Of a stretch of 59,418 nt of DNA, positions 15,886 to 24,039 are shown piece by piece (positions within the stretch are counted from its first letter, which is position 1; the number at the start of each line of letters is the position of its first letter). The translations under genes were made by a program, and so were the position numbers. The notes under the pieces were generated by a model. That model was not told where the DNA came from and made no database searches. It saw nothing but the letters and a program-made list of their open reading frames with translations. This DNA comes from an uncultured Actinomycetes bacterium (lineage in GTDB: Bacteria > Chloroflexota > Dormibacteria > Dormibacterales > Dormibacteraceae): assembly GCA_964461175.1 (NCBI GenBank), contig CAYWTI010000247.1, positions 1 to 59,418 on the forward strand, written 5' to 3'.

Positions 15886-16661
15886 GCGCGGACCCCGGCC
15901 GCGGCGTTGATCTGCTCCTTCAGGCGCGCCGCCGCGGCCGCGGGGTCGGCGGCGAACAGCACGCTCCTGCTGGCGGCGACGAGGCAGGACGCGGGGTCGC
16001 CGTTCCACGCCGCACGCACGGCGGCGTCGACGTCGCCGCCCTGGGCGCCCACGCCCGGAAGCAGAAACGGAAGCGAGGTGATGCGGCGAACCTCTGCCAC
16101 CTGCTCCGGGGCGGTCGCGCCGAGGACCAGGCCGACGTTGCCGCCGGAGTTGAGCGACTCGGCCATGTCGACCACGTGTCGGTAGACCGGCTTGCCGCCG
16201 GCCTCGAGGTGCTGCAGGTCCGCCGCCCCTGGGTTAGACGTCCGGCACAGCACGTACACGCCGCGATCGGCGTAGCTGGTGAACTGTCCGACCGAGTCGG
16301 CACCGAGGTACGGGTTCACCGTCGCGGCGTCCATCGCCAGCGTGCCGAAGACCGCGCGCGCGTAGGCCTTCATCGTGTTGTCCATATCGCCGCGCTTGGC
16401 GTCGAGCAGGAACGGCGTGTCCGGAGCCTCGTCGCGAAGCTCGAGCAGCGCCTTCCACCCGTCGGGGCCGTACTGCTCCCAGAAGGCGCTGTTCGGCTTG
16501 AAGCAGCACGCGTGCTCCTCGGTTGCGCGGACGACGTCGCGGCAGTGGCGGAGCGCGCCCGCGACCCCGCCCTCGATGCGTTCGGGGTCGGGGTCGAGGC
16601 CGACGCACAGGAGCGTGGCCCGCTCGCGCGAAAGCGCGCGCAGACGTGCGAAGAAGCTCAA
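15882..16661 (-). CDS. pyrF: Orotidine 5'-phosphate decarboxylase (type 2)
   Basis: LLCVGLDPDP, FLLDAKRGDMDNT and LPGVGAQGGD. TTG 16661 overlaps the GNAT TGA (TTGA). The remainder of the 485-aa ORF is out-of-gene read-through over the GNAT gene. Confidence 0.9.
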   Translation of the reverse strand: MSFFARLRALSRERATLLCVGLDPDPERIEGGVAGALRHCRDVVRATEEHACCFKPNSAFWEQYGPDGWKALLELRDEAPDTPFLLDAKRGDMDNTMKAYARAVFGTLAMDAATVNPYLGADSVGQFTSYADRGVYVLCRTSNPGAADLQHLEAGGKPVYRHVVDMAESLNSGGNVGLVLGATAPEQVAEVRRITSLPFLLPGVGAQGGDVDAAVRAAWNGDPASCLVAASRSVLFAADPAAAAARLKEQINAAAGVRA

Positions 16662-17191
16662 GCTCGTCCCATCGTAGGCGGAGCCGGCCGGACCAGCGCG
16701 TAGACGACGATGTCGCGCCAGGCCCCGGCTCGGAACTGGGCGCCGCGAAGCACGCCCTCGCGACTGAAGCCAGCCTTCTCGAGGGCGCGCTGCTCGGGTA
16801 TGTTCTCGAGGTCGGTCATCGCCTCGACCCGGTTGGCTTCGCTGGTGGCGAAGAGGCGCTCCGCCAGCAGCCGCTGCGCCTCGCCGCCATAGCCATGGCC
16901 GCGCCCTTCGGGGACCAGGTTGATGCCGATGTTCCAGGCCCGCGACTCGGGGTTCGGCCCGTACATGACCGCGTGCCAGGAAACCGTTCCGAGAGGCCGG
17001 CCGTCGGCGACCGTCTCGACGATCAGGGTGCCCCGGTCCCCGGCGATGAGACCGTTGGCGGCAAGCACCGCGCGGACCGGGCGCGGCGGGATGCCGAAGC
17101 GGTTGAAATCGCCGATGTAGGCGGGCTGCTGCCAGGCTTCGAGAAGCTCGGCGTCGGCGAGCGTCGCCTGGCGGAGCCGCACGCGGGACAC
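16658..17191 (-). CDS. GNAT family N-acetyltransferase (RimJ/RimL-like)
   Basis: 177 aa. GRGHGYGGEAQRLLAERLF...NIPEQRALEKAGFSREGVLR is the acetyl-CoA binding A/B motif region. GTG start. Confidence 0.85.
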   Translation of the reverse strand: MSRVRLRQATLADAELLEAWQQPAYIGDFNRFGIPPRPVRAVLAANGLIAGDRGTLIVETVADGRPLGTVSWHAVMYGPNPESRAWNIGINLVPEGRGHGYGGEAQRLLAERLFATSEANRVEAMTDLENIPEQRALEKAGFSREGVLRGAQFRAGAWRDIVVYALVRPAPPTMGRA

Positions 17192-17205
17192 GCGACAATT
17201 GAAGC

Positions 17206-18951
17206 GTGCGGATCGCCCTGGCGCAGGTCAACCCGACCGTTGGCGACCTCGCCGGCAACGCCCGCCTGGTCGTGGACTGGATCGGGCGCGCGCGCGACGC
17301 GCAGGCCGACATCGTGTGCTTCCCCGAGCTCGTGATCACGGGCTACCCGCCCGAGGACCTCGTGCTCAAGCCGTCGTTCGTGCGCGACAACCTGGCCCAG
17401 CTCGACGTGATCGCCAGAGCGACGCGCGGGATCGCGGCCGTGGTCGGCTTCGTCGACCGCGAGGGCGACCTCTTCAACGCCGCCGCCTTCATCCACGAGG
17501 GCGAGGTCAAGGCGGTCTACCACAAGGTGTTCCTGCCGAACTACGGCGTGTTCGACGAGAAGCGCTACTTCGTGCCCGGCCACCGCACGCCGATCATCGA
17601 GCTCGCCGGCGACCCGCTCGCGCTCTCGGTCTGCGAGGACGTGTGGTTCCCGGCCGGACCCATGGCCTGGGAGGCGGAGCATGGCGCGAGGCTGCTGATC
17701 AACATCAACGGCTCGCCCTACCACTACGGCAAGCGGGTGCCGCGCGAAGACATGATCGCCGAGCGTGCGGCCGACTACGGCGCCTACGTCGCCTGGGTGA
17801 ACACCGTCGGGGGCCAGGATGAGCTCGTCTTCGACGGCAACAGCGTCGTCATCGATCCCAAGGGCCGCGTCATCGCCCGGGCGGCGTCGTTCGTCGAGGA
17901 GCTGCTCGTCTGCGACGTCGACGTCAACGTGCCGCCGCACCGAGCCACCGAGAAGCTGCGTCGCGAGTCCGAGGCCGCCGAGGGCCTCGAGCTCGAGGTA
18001 ACCGAGCTCGCGCTGCCCGTGGCGCCGGCCGCAGGCCCGAAGCCGCCGGTCGCGGCGCGGATGGCAACCCCGCTCGAGGGCGCGGCCGAGATCTATGCCG
18101 CGGTCGTCCTCGCCACGCACGACTACATGCGCAAGCAAGGATTTCAGAAGGTCGTCATCGGGATGTCCGGCGGAGTCGACTCCGCGCTCACGGCGGCCAT
18201 CGCGTGCGACGCGCTCGGGGCGCACAACGTGATCGGCGTGCGCATGCCTTCGCGCCACACGTCCGCGGAGAGCCTGGAGGACGCGGGGATGACGGCCGAG
18301 AACCTCGGCATGCAGCTCATGGACCTCTCGATCGAGCCGCCGCACCGCGGCTTCGAAGAGATCCTGGCGCCTGTCTTCAAGGGCACCACGCCCGGCGTCG
18401 CCGAGGAGAACCTGCAGCCGAGGATCCGGTCGACCATCCTCCACGCGCTTTCGAACAAGTTCGGCTACATCGTGCTGAGCACGGGCAACAAGTCGGAGCT
18501 GGCGACGGGTTACGGCACCCTGTACGGCGACATCTCCGGCGGCTACGCGGTGCTCAAGGACATCACCAAGACCACTGTCTACGAGCTGTGCCGCTACCGG
18601 AACTCGATCGGCCCCGCCATCCCCGAACGTGTGATGACCAAGGCGCCGTCGGCGGAGCTCAAGCCCGACCAGAAGGACACGGACAGCCTTCCGCCCTACG
18701 ACGTCCTGGACCCGATCCTGATCGGCTACGTCGAGGAGGACCTGAGCCCCGAGGAGCTCGTCGCCGCCGGCCACGACAGCAAGACCGTCGGGCGCGTCAT
18801 CCAGCTCGTCGACCGGACGGAATACAAGCGCCGGCAGGCACCCCCCGGCGTGAAGATCACCCCGCGGGCGTTCGGTCGCGACCGGCGGATGCCGATCGTC
18901 AACCGCTACAACCCCAACGGCGGCCGCGCGAAAGGGGCCGGAGCCCGCTGA
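17206..18951 (+). CDS. nadE: Glutamine-dependent NAD+ synthetase
   Basis: 581 aa. N-terminal nitrilase/CN-hydrolase domain (MRIALAQVNPTVGDL, CEDVWFP) and C-terminal PP-loop domain (GMSGGVDS). It is divergent from the GNAT gene with a 14-bp spacer. Confidence 0.95.
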   Translation: MRIALAQVNPTVGDLAGNARLVVDWIGRARDAQADIVCFPELVITGYPPEDLVLKPSFVRDNLAQLDVIARATRGIAAVVGFVDREGDLFNAAAFIHEGEVKAVYHKVFLPNYGVFDEKRYFVPGHRTPIIELAGDPLALSVCEDVWFPAGPMAWEAEHGARLLININGSPYHYGKRVPREDMIAERAADYGAYVAWVNTVGGQDELVFDGNSVVIDPKGRVIARAASFVEELLVCDVDVNVPPHRATEKLRRESEAAEGLELEVTELALPVAPAAGPKPPVAARMATPLEGAAEIYAAVVLATHDYMRKQGFQKVVIGMSGGVDSALTAAIACDALGAHNVIGVRMPSRHTSAESLEDAGMTAENLGMQLMDLSIEPPHRGFEEILAPVFKGTTPGVAEENLQPRIRSTILHALSNKFGYIVLSTGNKSELATGYGTLYGDISGGYAVLKDITKTTVYELCRYRNSIGPAIPERVMTKAPSAELKPDQKDTDSLPPYDVLDPILIGYVEEDLSPEELVAAGHDSKTVGRVIQLVDRTEYKRRQAPPGVKITPRAFGRDRRMPIVNRYNPNGGRAKGAGAR

Positions 18952-18981
18952 AGGCATAATTCAATTCGATATCTCGTATAG

Positions 18982-21552
18982 GTGGGAGCTATGGCCGGAT
19001 CGTTTGACGTCGTCGTGATCGGCGGCGGCCCTGGCGGCTACGTCGCCGCGCTGCGGGCGGCGCAGCTCGGGGCCAGGACCGCGATCGTGGAGAAGGACCG
19101 CATGGGCGGCACCTGCCTCGTGCGGGGATGCATCCCCACCAAGGCTCTGCTGCAGTCGTCCGAGCTCTACACGCTGGCCAAGGCCGGGCAGCCGTTTGGC
19201 CTGGTCGCCGACAACGTCGGCTTCGACTGGACGGCGGCGCAGAAGCGCAAGGCGAGCGTCGTCGACCAGCTCGTCAAAGGCGTTGAAGGGCTACTCAAAG
19301 CCGGCGGCGTGACCTCGATCAGGGGCGCGGCCAGGCTTGCGGGCGCCGGCGCCGTCGACATCAGCGGCGACAGGATCCAGGCCAAGGACATCGTCATCGC
19401 GACCGGTTCGGCGGTGGCGAAGATCCCGCTCCCGGGGGCGGAGCTGACCATCGACTCCGACCAGATCCTCGAGCTGAAGGAGATACCGCGGCGGCTCGCC
19501 GTCATCGGCGGCGGGGTCGTGGGCATGGAGTTCGCCGCCATGTTCGCCGCGCTGGGCAGCAAGGTCACCGTGCTCGAGATGCTGCCGCAGGTGCTGGCGA
19601 TGGTCGACTCCGACCTCGTCAACGTCTACACCAAGCACTTCGCCGGCCTCGGCGGCGAGATCCACACCGACAGCAAGGTGTCGGAGGTGGTCAAGCAGAA
19701 CGGCGGCCTCCAGGTGCGGTTCTCGAGCGGGGGCGAGGGCGGGGCGGTCGACGCCGACCAGGTCCTGCTCGCGGTCGGCCGCGTGCCCTACACGCACGGC
19801 CTCGACGCCGAGAAGGCCGGGGTCAAGCTCGACCGCTACCGCGTCGTCGTCGACGAGCACCTGCACACCGACGGCGAGGGCGTCTGGGCCATCGGCGACG
19901 TCATCGGCGGCATCATGCTCGCCCACGTCGCGTCCTACGAGGGCGTGTGCGCGGTCGAGAACATCGCCGGCGGCTCCAGGCGCAAGCCCGACTACCACGC
20001 CGCCCCGAACTGCGTCTACACCGAGCCCGAGATCGCGCATGTCGGCCTCGGCGAGAAAGAGGCGAAGGAGAAGGGGATCGCCGTCAAGGTCGGACGGTTC
20101 CCGTTCGCCGCCTCCGGACGCGCGCTGACGCTCGGGCAGACCGAGGGGTTCGTCAAGGTCGTGGCCGACGCAGAGTCGGGTCGGGTCCTCGGCGCACACA
20201 TCGTCGGCCCGCGCGCCACGGACCTCATCGCCGAAGCCACGCTCGCGATCCAGAACGGGCTGACGATCGAGCAGGTCGACCTGACCATCCACGCCCACCC
20301 GACGCTGCCCGAGTCCTTCATGGAGGCCGCGCTGGCGGCCCAGGGCCGGGCCATCCACGTCGCCAACCGCAGGACCTCCTCCCCACGCCCTGCCGATGCG
20401 CCGGCGCAGCCGGCCGGCGAGGCCTCGGCACCGACCCAGACCGCCGCGATGCAACAGAATCAGGAGAAATCCATGGCCGCAACCGTCAAGCCCTCCGCCT
20501 CCTCCGCGCCGCCCATGCCGGACGCGATCAACGCGGGATCGGTCGAGCTGAACAAGAAGAACAAGGACCTCCTGCTCCGCATGCACCGCCAGATGCAGCT
20601 GATCCGGCGCTTCGAGGAGCGCGCGCAGGAGCAGTACACCAAGGCGAAGATCGGCGGCTACTGCCACCTCAACATCGGCGAGGAGGCGACCGTCGTCGGC
20701 GGCATCCTCGCGCTCAAGCCGAACGACTGGATCTTCACCAGCTACCGCGAGCACGGCCACGCGATCGCGCGCGGCGTCGACCCCAAGGCGGTGATGGCGG
20801 AGCTCTTCGGCAAGGAGACCGGCACATCGCACGGCCGTGGCGGATCCATGCACCTCGTCGACTACAGCAAGCGGTTCATGGGCGGCTACGGCATCGTCGG
20901 CGGGCACCTACCGCTTGCGGTGGGCGGAGCGTGGGCGGTCAAGTACCGCAAGCAGCCCGAGGTCGTGTTCTGCATGTTCGGTGACGGCGCCACGAACATC
21001 GGCGCGTTCCACGAGTCGCTGAACATGGCCAAGGTCTTCAAGCTCCCGGTCGTGTGGTTCTGCGTCAACAACCGGTACGGCATGGGCACGCCCGTGGAGA
21101 AGGCTTCGGCGGTCGCCGACATCTACAAGAAGGCGTGCGCCTACGACATGGAGTCGATCCAGGTCGACGGCATGAACCTGCGCGAGGTGCTGGTCAAGAC
21201 CAGCGAGATCGTCGAGAAGACCCGCGCCGACTCGGAGCCGCGCTTCGTCGAGGCGCTGTGCTACCGCTTCCGCGGTCACTCGGTCGTCGACCCCGACAAG
21301 TACCGCTCCGAGGAAGACAAGGTCAAGTGGCGCAAGGGCGACCCGATCGTGGCGTTCGAGCACGAGCTCGAGAAGGCGGGCCTCGCGGACGAGGAGTACT
21401 TCAAGAACGTGCGCGTGGAGATCGACAACGAGGTCAAGGACATCATCCAGTTCGCGGACGAGAGCCCGGACCCGAAGATCGACGACCTCTACAAGTACGT
21501 CTACGCGGGCCAGTGGGACGAGAACCCGATGCTCCGCGCGGAGAAGGTCTGA
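18982..21552 (+). CDS. Single ORF encoding dihydrolipoyl dehydrogenase (E3) fused in frame to 2-oxo-acid dehydrogenase E1 alpha subunit
   Basis: aa 1 to about 460 are Lpd: VVIGGGPGGYVAA, the redox disulfide CLVRGCIPTK, and HAHPTLPESFMEAALAAQGRAIH. Then comes a Pro/Ala/Ser linker. Then E1-alpha: LLLRMHRQMQLIRRFEERA, YREHGHA, and FGDGATN (the GDG TPP motif). There is no stop between the two. An internal aggag-N6-ATG at 20473 could also initiate E1-alpha separately. Alternative E3 start at ATG 18991. Confidence 0.85.
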   Translation: MGAMAGSFDVVVIGGGPGGYVAALRAAQLGARTAIVEKDRMGGTCLVRGCIPTKALLQSSELYTLAKAGQPFGLVADNVGFDWTAAQKRKASVVDQLVKGVEGLLKAGGVTSIRGAARLAGAGAVDISGDRIQAKDIVIATGSAVAKIPLPGAELTIDSDQILELKEIPRRLAVIGGGVVGMEFAAMFAALGSKVTVLEMLPQVLAMVDSDLVNVYTKHFAGLGGEIHTDSKVSEVVKQNGGLQVRFSSGGEGGAVDADQVLLAVGRVPYTHGLDAEKAGVKLDRYRVVVDEHLHTDGEGVWAIGDVIGGIMLAHVASYEGVCAVENIAGGSRRKPDYHAAPNCVYTEPEIAHVGLGEKEAKEKGIAVKVGRFPFAASGRALTLGQTEGFVKVVADAESGRVLGAHIVGPRATDLIAEATLAIQNGLTIEQVDLTIHAHPTLPESFMEAALAAQGRAIHVANRRTSSPRPADAPAQPAGEASAPTQTAAMQQNQEKSMAATVKPSASSAPPMPDAINAGSVELNKKNKDLLLRMHRQMQLIRRFEERAQEQYTKAKIGGYCHLNIGEEATVVGGILALKPNDWIFTSYREHGHAIARGVDPKAVMAELFGKETGTSHGRGGSMHLVDYSKRFMGGYGIVGGHLPLAVGGAWAVKYRKQPEVVFCMFGDGATNIGAFHESLNMAKVFKLPVVWFCVNNRYGMGTPVEKASAVADIYKKACAYDMESIQVDGMNLREVLVKTSEIVEKTRADSEPRFVEALCYRFRGHSVVDPDKYRSEEDKVKWRKGDPIVAFEHELEKAGLADEEYFKNVRVEIDNEVKDIIQFADESPDPKIDDLYKYVYAGQWDENPMLRAEKV

Positions 21553-22580
21553 TGGCGACGGCAACGCGCGAACAGCCCAAGGCCGCGGCGCAGGCCGAGG
21601 AGAAGCTCTACCGCGTCGCGCTGCGCGAGGCGCTTCTCGAAGAGATGGAGCGCGACGACTCGGTCTACCTGATCGGCGAGGACATCGGCAAGTTCGGCGG
21701 CGCGTACCGCGTGACCGAAGGCCTGCTCGACCGCTTCGGCCCGCAGCGGGTCGTGGACGCGCCGATCGCCGAAGAGGTGATCGTCGGCACCGCGATCGGC
21801 TCGGCGATGCTGGGCCTGCGCCCGGTCGTCGAGCTCATGACGATCAACTTCTCGCTCGTCGCCTACGACCAGATCGTGAACAACGCGGCCAAGATCCGCT
21901 ACATGTTCGGCGGCGAGGTCAAGGTGCCGATGGTGATCCGCATGCCCGGCGGCGCTGGACACCAGCTTTCCGCGCAGCACTCGCACTCGTTCGAGGTCCT
22001 GTACGGATTGATCCCAGGGCTGATCGTGGTCGCACCGACCACCCCCGAGGACGCGAAGGGCATGCTCAAGAGCGCGATCCGGGGCGACAACCCGGTGATG
22101 TTCCTCGAGTCGATGAGCCTCTACAACGTGCGCGGCATGGTGCCCGCGGGCGATTACACGACGCCGCTCGGCAAGGCTGCCATCCGCCGCCAGGGCTCGG
22201 ATGTGACCCTCGTCGGCGTCTCGCGCATGGCCGTGCTTGCAAACGAGGCTGCAAAGCAGCTCGAGGAGGAGGACATCGACGCCGAGGTCATCGACCTCCG
22301 GTCGATCCGGCCGATCGACTGGCAGCCCATCGTCGAGTCGGTGCGCAAGACCTCTCGGTGCATCGTGGTCGAGGAAGGCTGGTCGACGTACGGCGTGACG
22401 GCGGAGATCGTGGCCGGCGTGCAGGAGCGCTGCTTCGACTACCTCGACGCGCCGGTGCGGCGCCTCGGTGGCGCGCAGGTGCCGATGCCTTACAGCCAGC
22501 CGCTGGAGAAGGCGTCGATCCCGACCGCGGAGGACATCAAGCGCCTGGTCCGGGCAACGCTCGGCAAGCAGGAGGGCTGA
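21552..22580 (+). CDS. pdhB: 2-oxo-acid (pyruvate/acetoin/branched-chain type) dehydrogenase E1 beta subunit
   Basis: 342 aa from ATG 21552, which shares 1 nt with the upstream TGA (TGATG). LREALLEEMERDDSVYLIGEDIG and RVVDAPIAE are typical E1-beta motifs. Confidence 0.93.
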   Translation: MATATREQPKAAAQAEEKLYRVALREALLEEMERDDSVYLIGEDIGKFGGAYRVTEGLLDRFGPQRVVDAPIAEEVIVGTAIGSAMLGLRPVVELMTINFSLVAYDQIVNNAAKIRYMFGGEVKVPMVIRMPGGAGHQLSAQHSHSFEVLYGLIPGLIVVAPTTPEDAKGMLKSAIRGDNPVMFLESMSLYNVRGMVPAGDYTTPLGKAAIRRQGSDVTLVGVSRMAVLANEAAKQLEEEDIDAEVIDLRSIRPIDWQPIVESVRKTSRCIVVEEGWSTYGVTAEIVAGVQERCFDYLDAPVRRLGGAQVPMPYSQPLEKASIPTAEDIKRLVRATLGKQEG

Positions 22581-22604
22581 TTCTTGCCTGAGGTAATGGC
22601 TTAT

Positions 22605-22673
22605 GAGAGGAAACCCGGATGGTTTCCTCTCATCGCGGCGTCGGCAAAGCCGACCCCGCGCCACGGCGCGGGG
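22605..22673 (+). other. Cluster of three stem-loops in the E1beta-E2 spacer (function unknown)
   Basis: Perfect 11-bp stem gagaggaaacc (22605-22615) / ggtttcctctc (22621-22631). Then gtcggc-aaa-gccgac (22640-22654). Then a GC stem cccgcgcc/ggcgcggg (about 22655-22672). There is no T-tract. Confidence 0.5.
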
Positions 22674-22710
22674 CAAGCGCCGCTGCTCTCCTTCCGAAAG
22701 AAGGTAAATC

Positions 22711-24036
22711 ATGCCTGACGTAAATATGCCCAAGCTCTCCGACACCATGGAGGAGGGCACGGTCGTCGAGTGGAAGAAGAAGTCCGGCGACGACGTGAAG
22801 ACGGGCGAGGTGCTCGCCGAGGTCGAGTCCGACAAGGCGACGTTCGACCTCGAAGCCGAGGCTGACGGCAAGCTCGAGATCCTGGTCGAGCAGGGCGTGC
22901 CGGCGAAGATCGGGGCGCCGATCGCCCGCATCGGGTCGGGCGGCGGCCAGGCGCCCGAGAAGGCGAAGCAGAAGGAGCCGGAGCCTCCCCCGGCGGCCGG
23001 GCGCGCGCAGGGCGCAGAGAGTCAGATGGCCGAAGAACGCGAACCGACACAGAAGTCGTCTCCGCCGAAGCAGGCTCCTCCCGCGGCTCCTCCTCCACAG
23101 CCAAGGGAGCAACCGCGGGCAACTCAGCAGGAGCGCGGCGGCGAGGACGGTCAGATCAAGGCGTCGCCGCTGGCCAAGCGGCTGGCGGACGAGATGGGCG
23201 TCGACCTTGCCGCGATCAAGGGGACTGGCCCCGAGGGCCGGATCGTCAAGGAGGACGTGCTCGCCGCGGGCGGCGCAAAGCAGAGACCGGAACGCCGCCG
23301 TCCCCAGCCCGCTGCCGAGCGCGCGCCCGGCGCGGACGTCGAGGTCATCGAGCCGACGCGCATGCAGGCGACCATCGCCCGGCGCATGGCCGACGCCAAG
23401 GCGACGGTGCCCGAGTTTCAGGTCACCGTGGAGGCGCGCGTCGACCTGGCGGTCAGCCTGCGCCAGCAGCTCAAGGACTCGGTTCCGGGCGCGGAGAAGG
23501 TCACCATGACCGACTTCCTGGTCCGCTCGTGCGCGCTCGCGCTGCGCAAGTTCCCCGAGGTCAACACCTCGTGGGCGGACGGACGCTTCCAGCGCAAACG
23601 CGCGATCAACATCGGACTCGCGGTCGCGCCGTCGCAGGGCATGGGTCTCCTCGTCCCCGTCGTGCACGACGCCGACCTCAAGGACATCGTCCAGATCTCG
23701 ATCGAGTCGCGCCAGGTCATCGAGCGCGCACGCTCGGGACGTCCGGGCGAGGGCGACCTGTCCGGCGCGACGTTCTCCATCTCAAACCTGGGCATGTACG
23801 GCGTCGACGAGTTCACGGCGATCATCAACCCGCCCGAGGCGGCGATCCTCGCCGTGGGCGCGATCAAGGACGTGCCTGTGGTCGACAGCGGCCGCATCGT
23901 GCCTGGCAAGGTCATACGCATGACCCTGTCGGTCGATCACCGAGTGTTCTATGGCGCGACGGCGGCGCAGTTCATGGCCGAGGTGAAGCGCCTGATCGAG
24001 AACCCGGTGACCCTGGTCGTCCCGCCCCAGGCCTGA
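22711..24036 (+). CDS. Dihydrolipoamide acyltransferase (E2) of a 2-oxo-acid dehydrogenase complex
   Basis: 441 aa. One lipoyl domain (EVESDKATFDLEAE), a P/A-rich linker, a peripheral-subunit-binding domain (ASPLAKRLADEMGVDLAAIKGTGPEGRIVKEDV), and a catalytic domain with DHRVFYG. Confidence 0.93.
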   Translation: MPDVNMPKLSDTMEEGTVVEWKKKSGDDVKTGEVLAEVESDKATFDLEAEADGKLEILVEQGVPAKIGAPIARIGSGGGQAPEKAKQKEPEPPPAAGRAQGAESQMAEEREPTQKSSPPKQAPPAAPPPQPREQPRATQQERGGEDGQIKASPLAKRLADEMGVDLAAIKGTGPEGRIVKEDVLAAGGAKQRPERRRPQPAAERAPGADVEVIEPTRMQATIARRMADAKATVPEFQVTVEARVDLAVSLRQQLKDSVPGAEKVTMTDFLVRSCALALRKFPEVNTSWADGRFQRKRAINIGLAVAPSQGMGLLVPVVHDADLKDIVQISIESRQVIERARSGRPGEGDLSGATFSISNLGMYGVDEFTAIINPPEAAILAVGAIKDVPVVDSGRIVPGKVIRMTLSVDHRVFYGATAAQFMAEVKRLIENPVTLVVPPQA

Positions 24037-24039
24037 CGT

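Noticed and set aside
22596-22718. A 40-codon ORF (MAYERKPGWFPLIAASAKPTPRHGAGQAPLLSFRKKVNHA) that fills the E1beta-E2 spacer and overlaps the E2 start.
   Set aside because: Third codon positions are only modestly G/C-rich, unlike genuine genes here. The sequence is better explained by the three stem-loops it contains. The SD-like gaggt is too close to the ATG.
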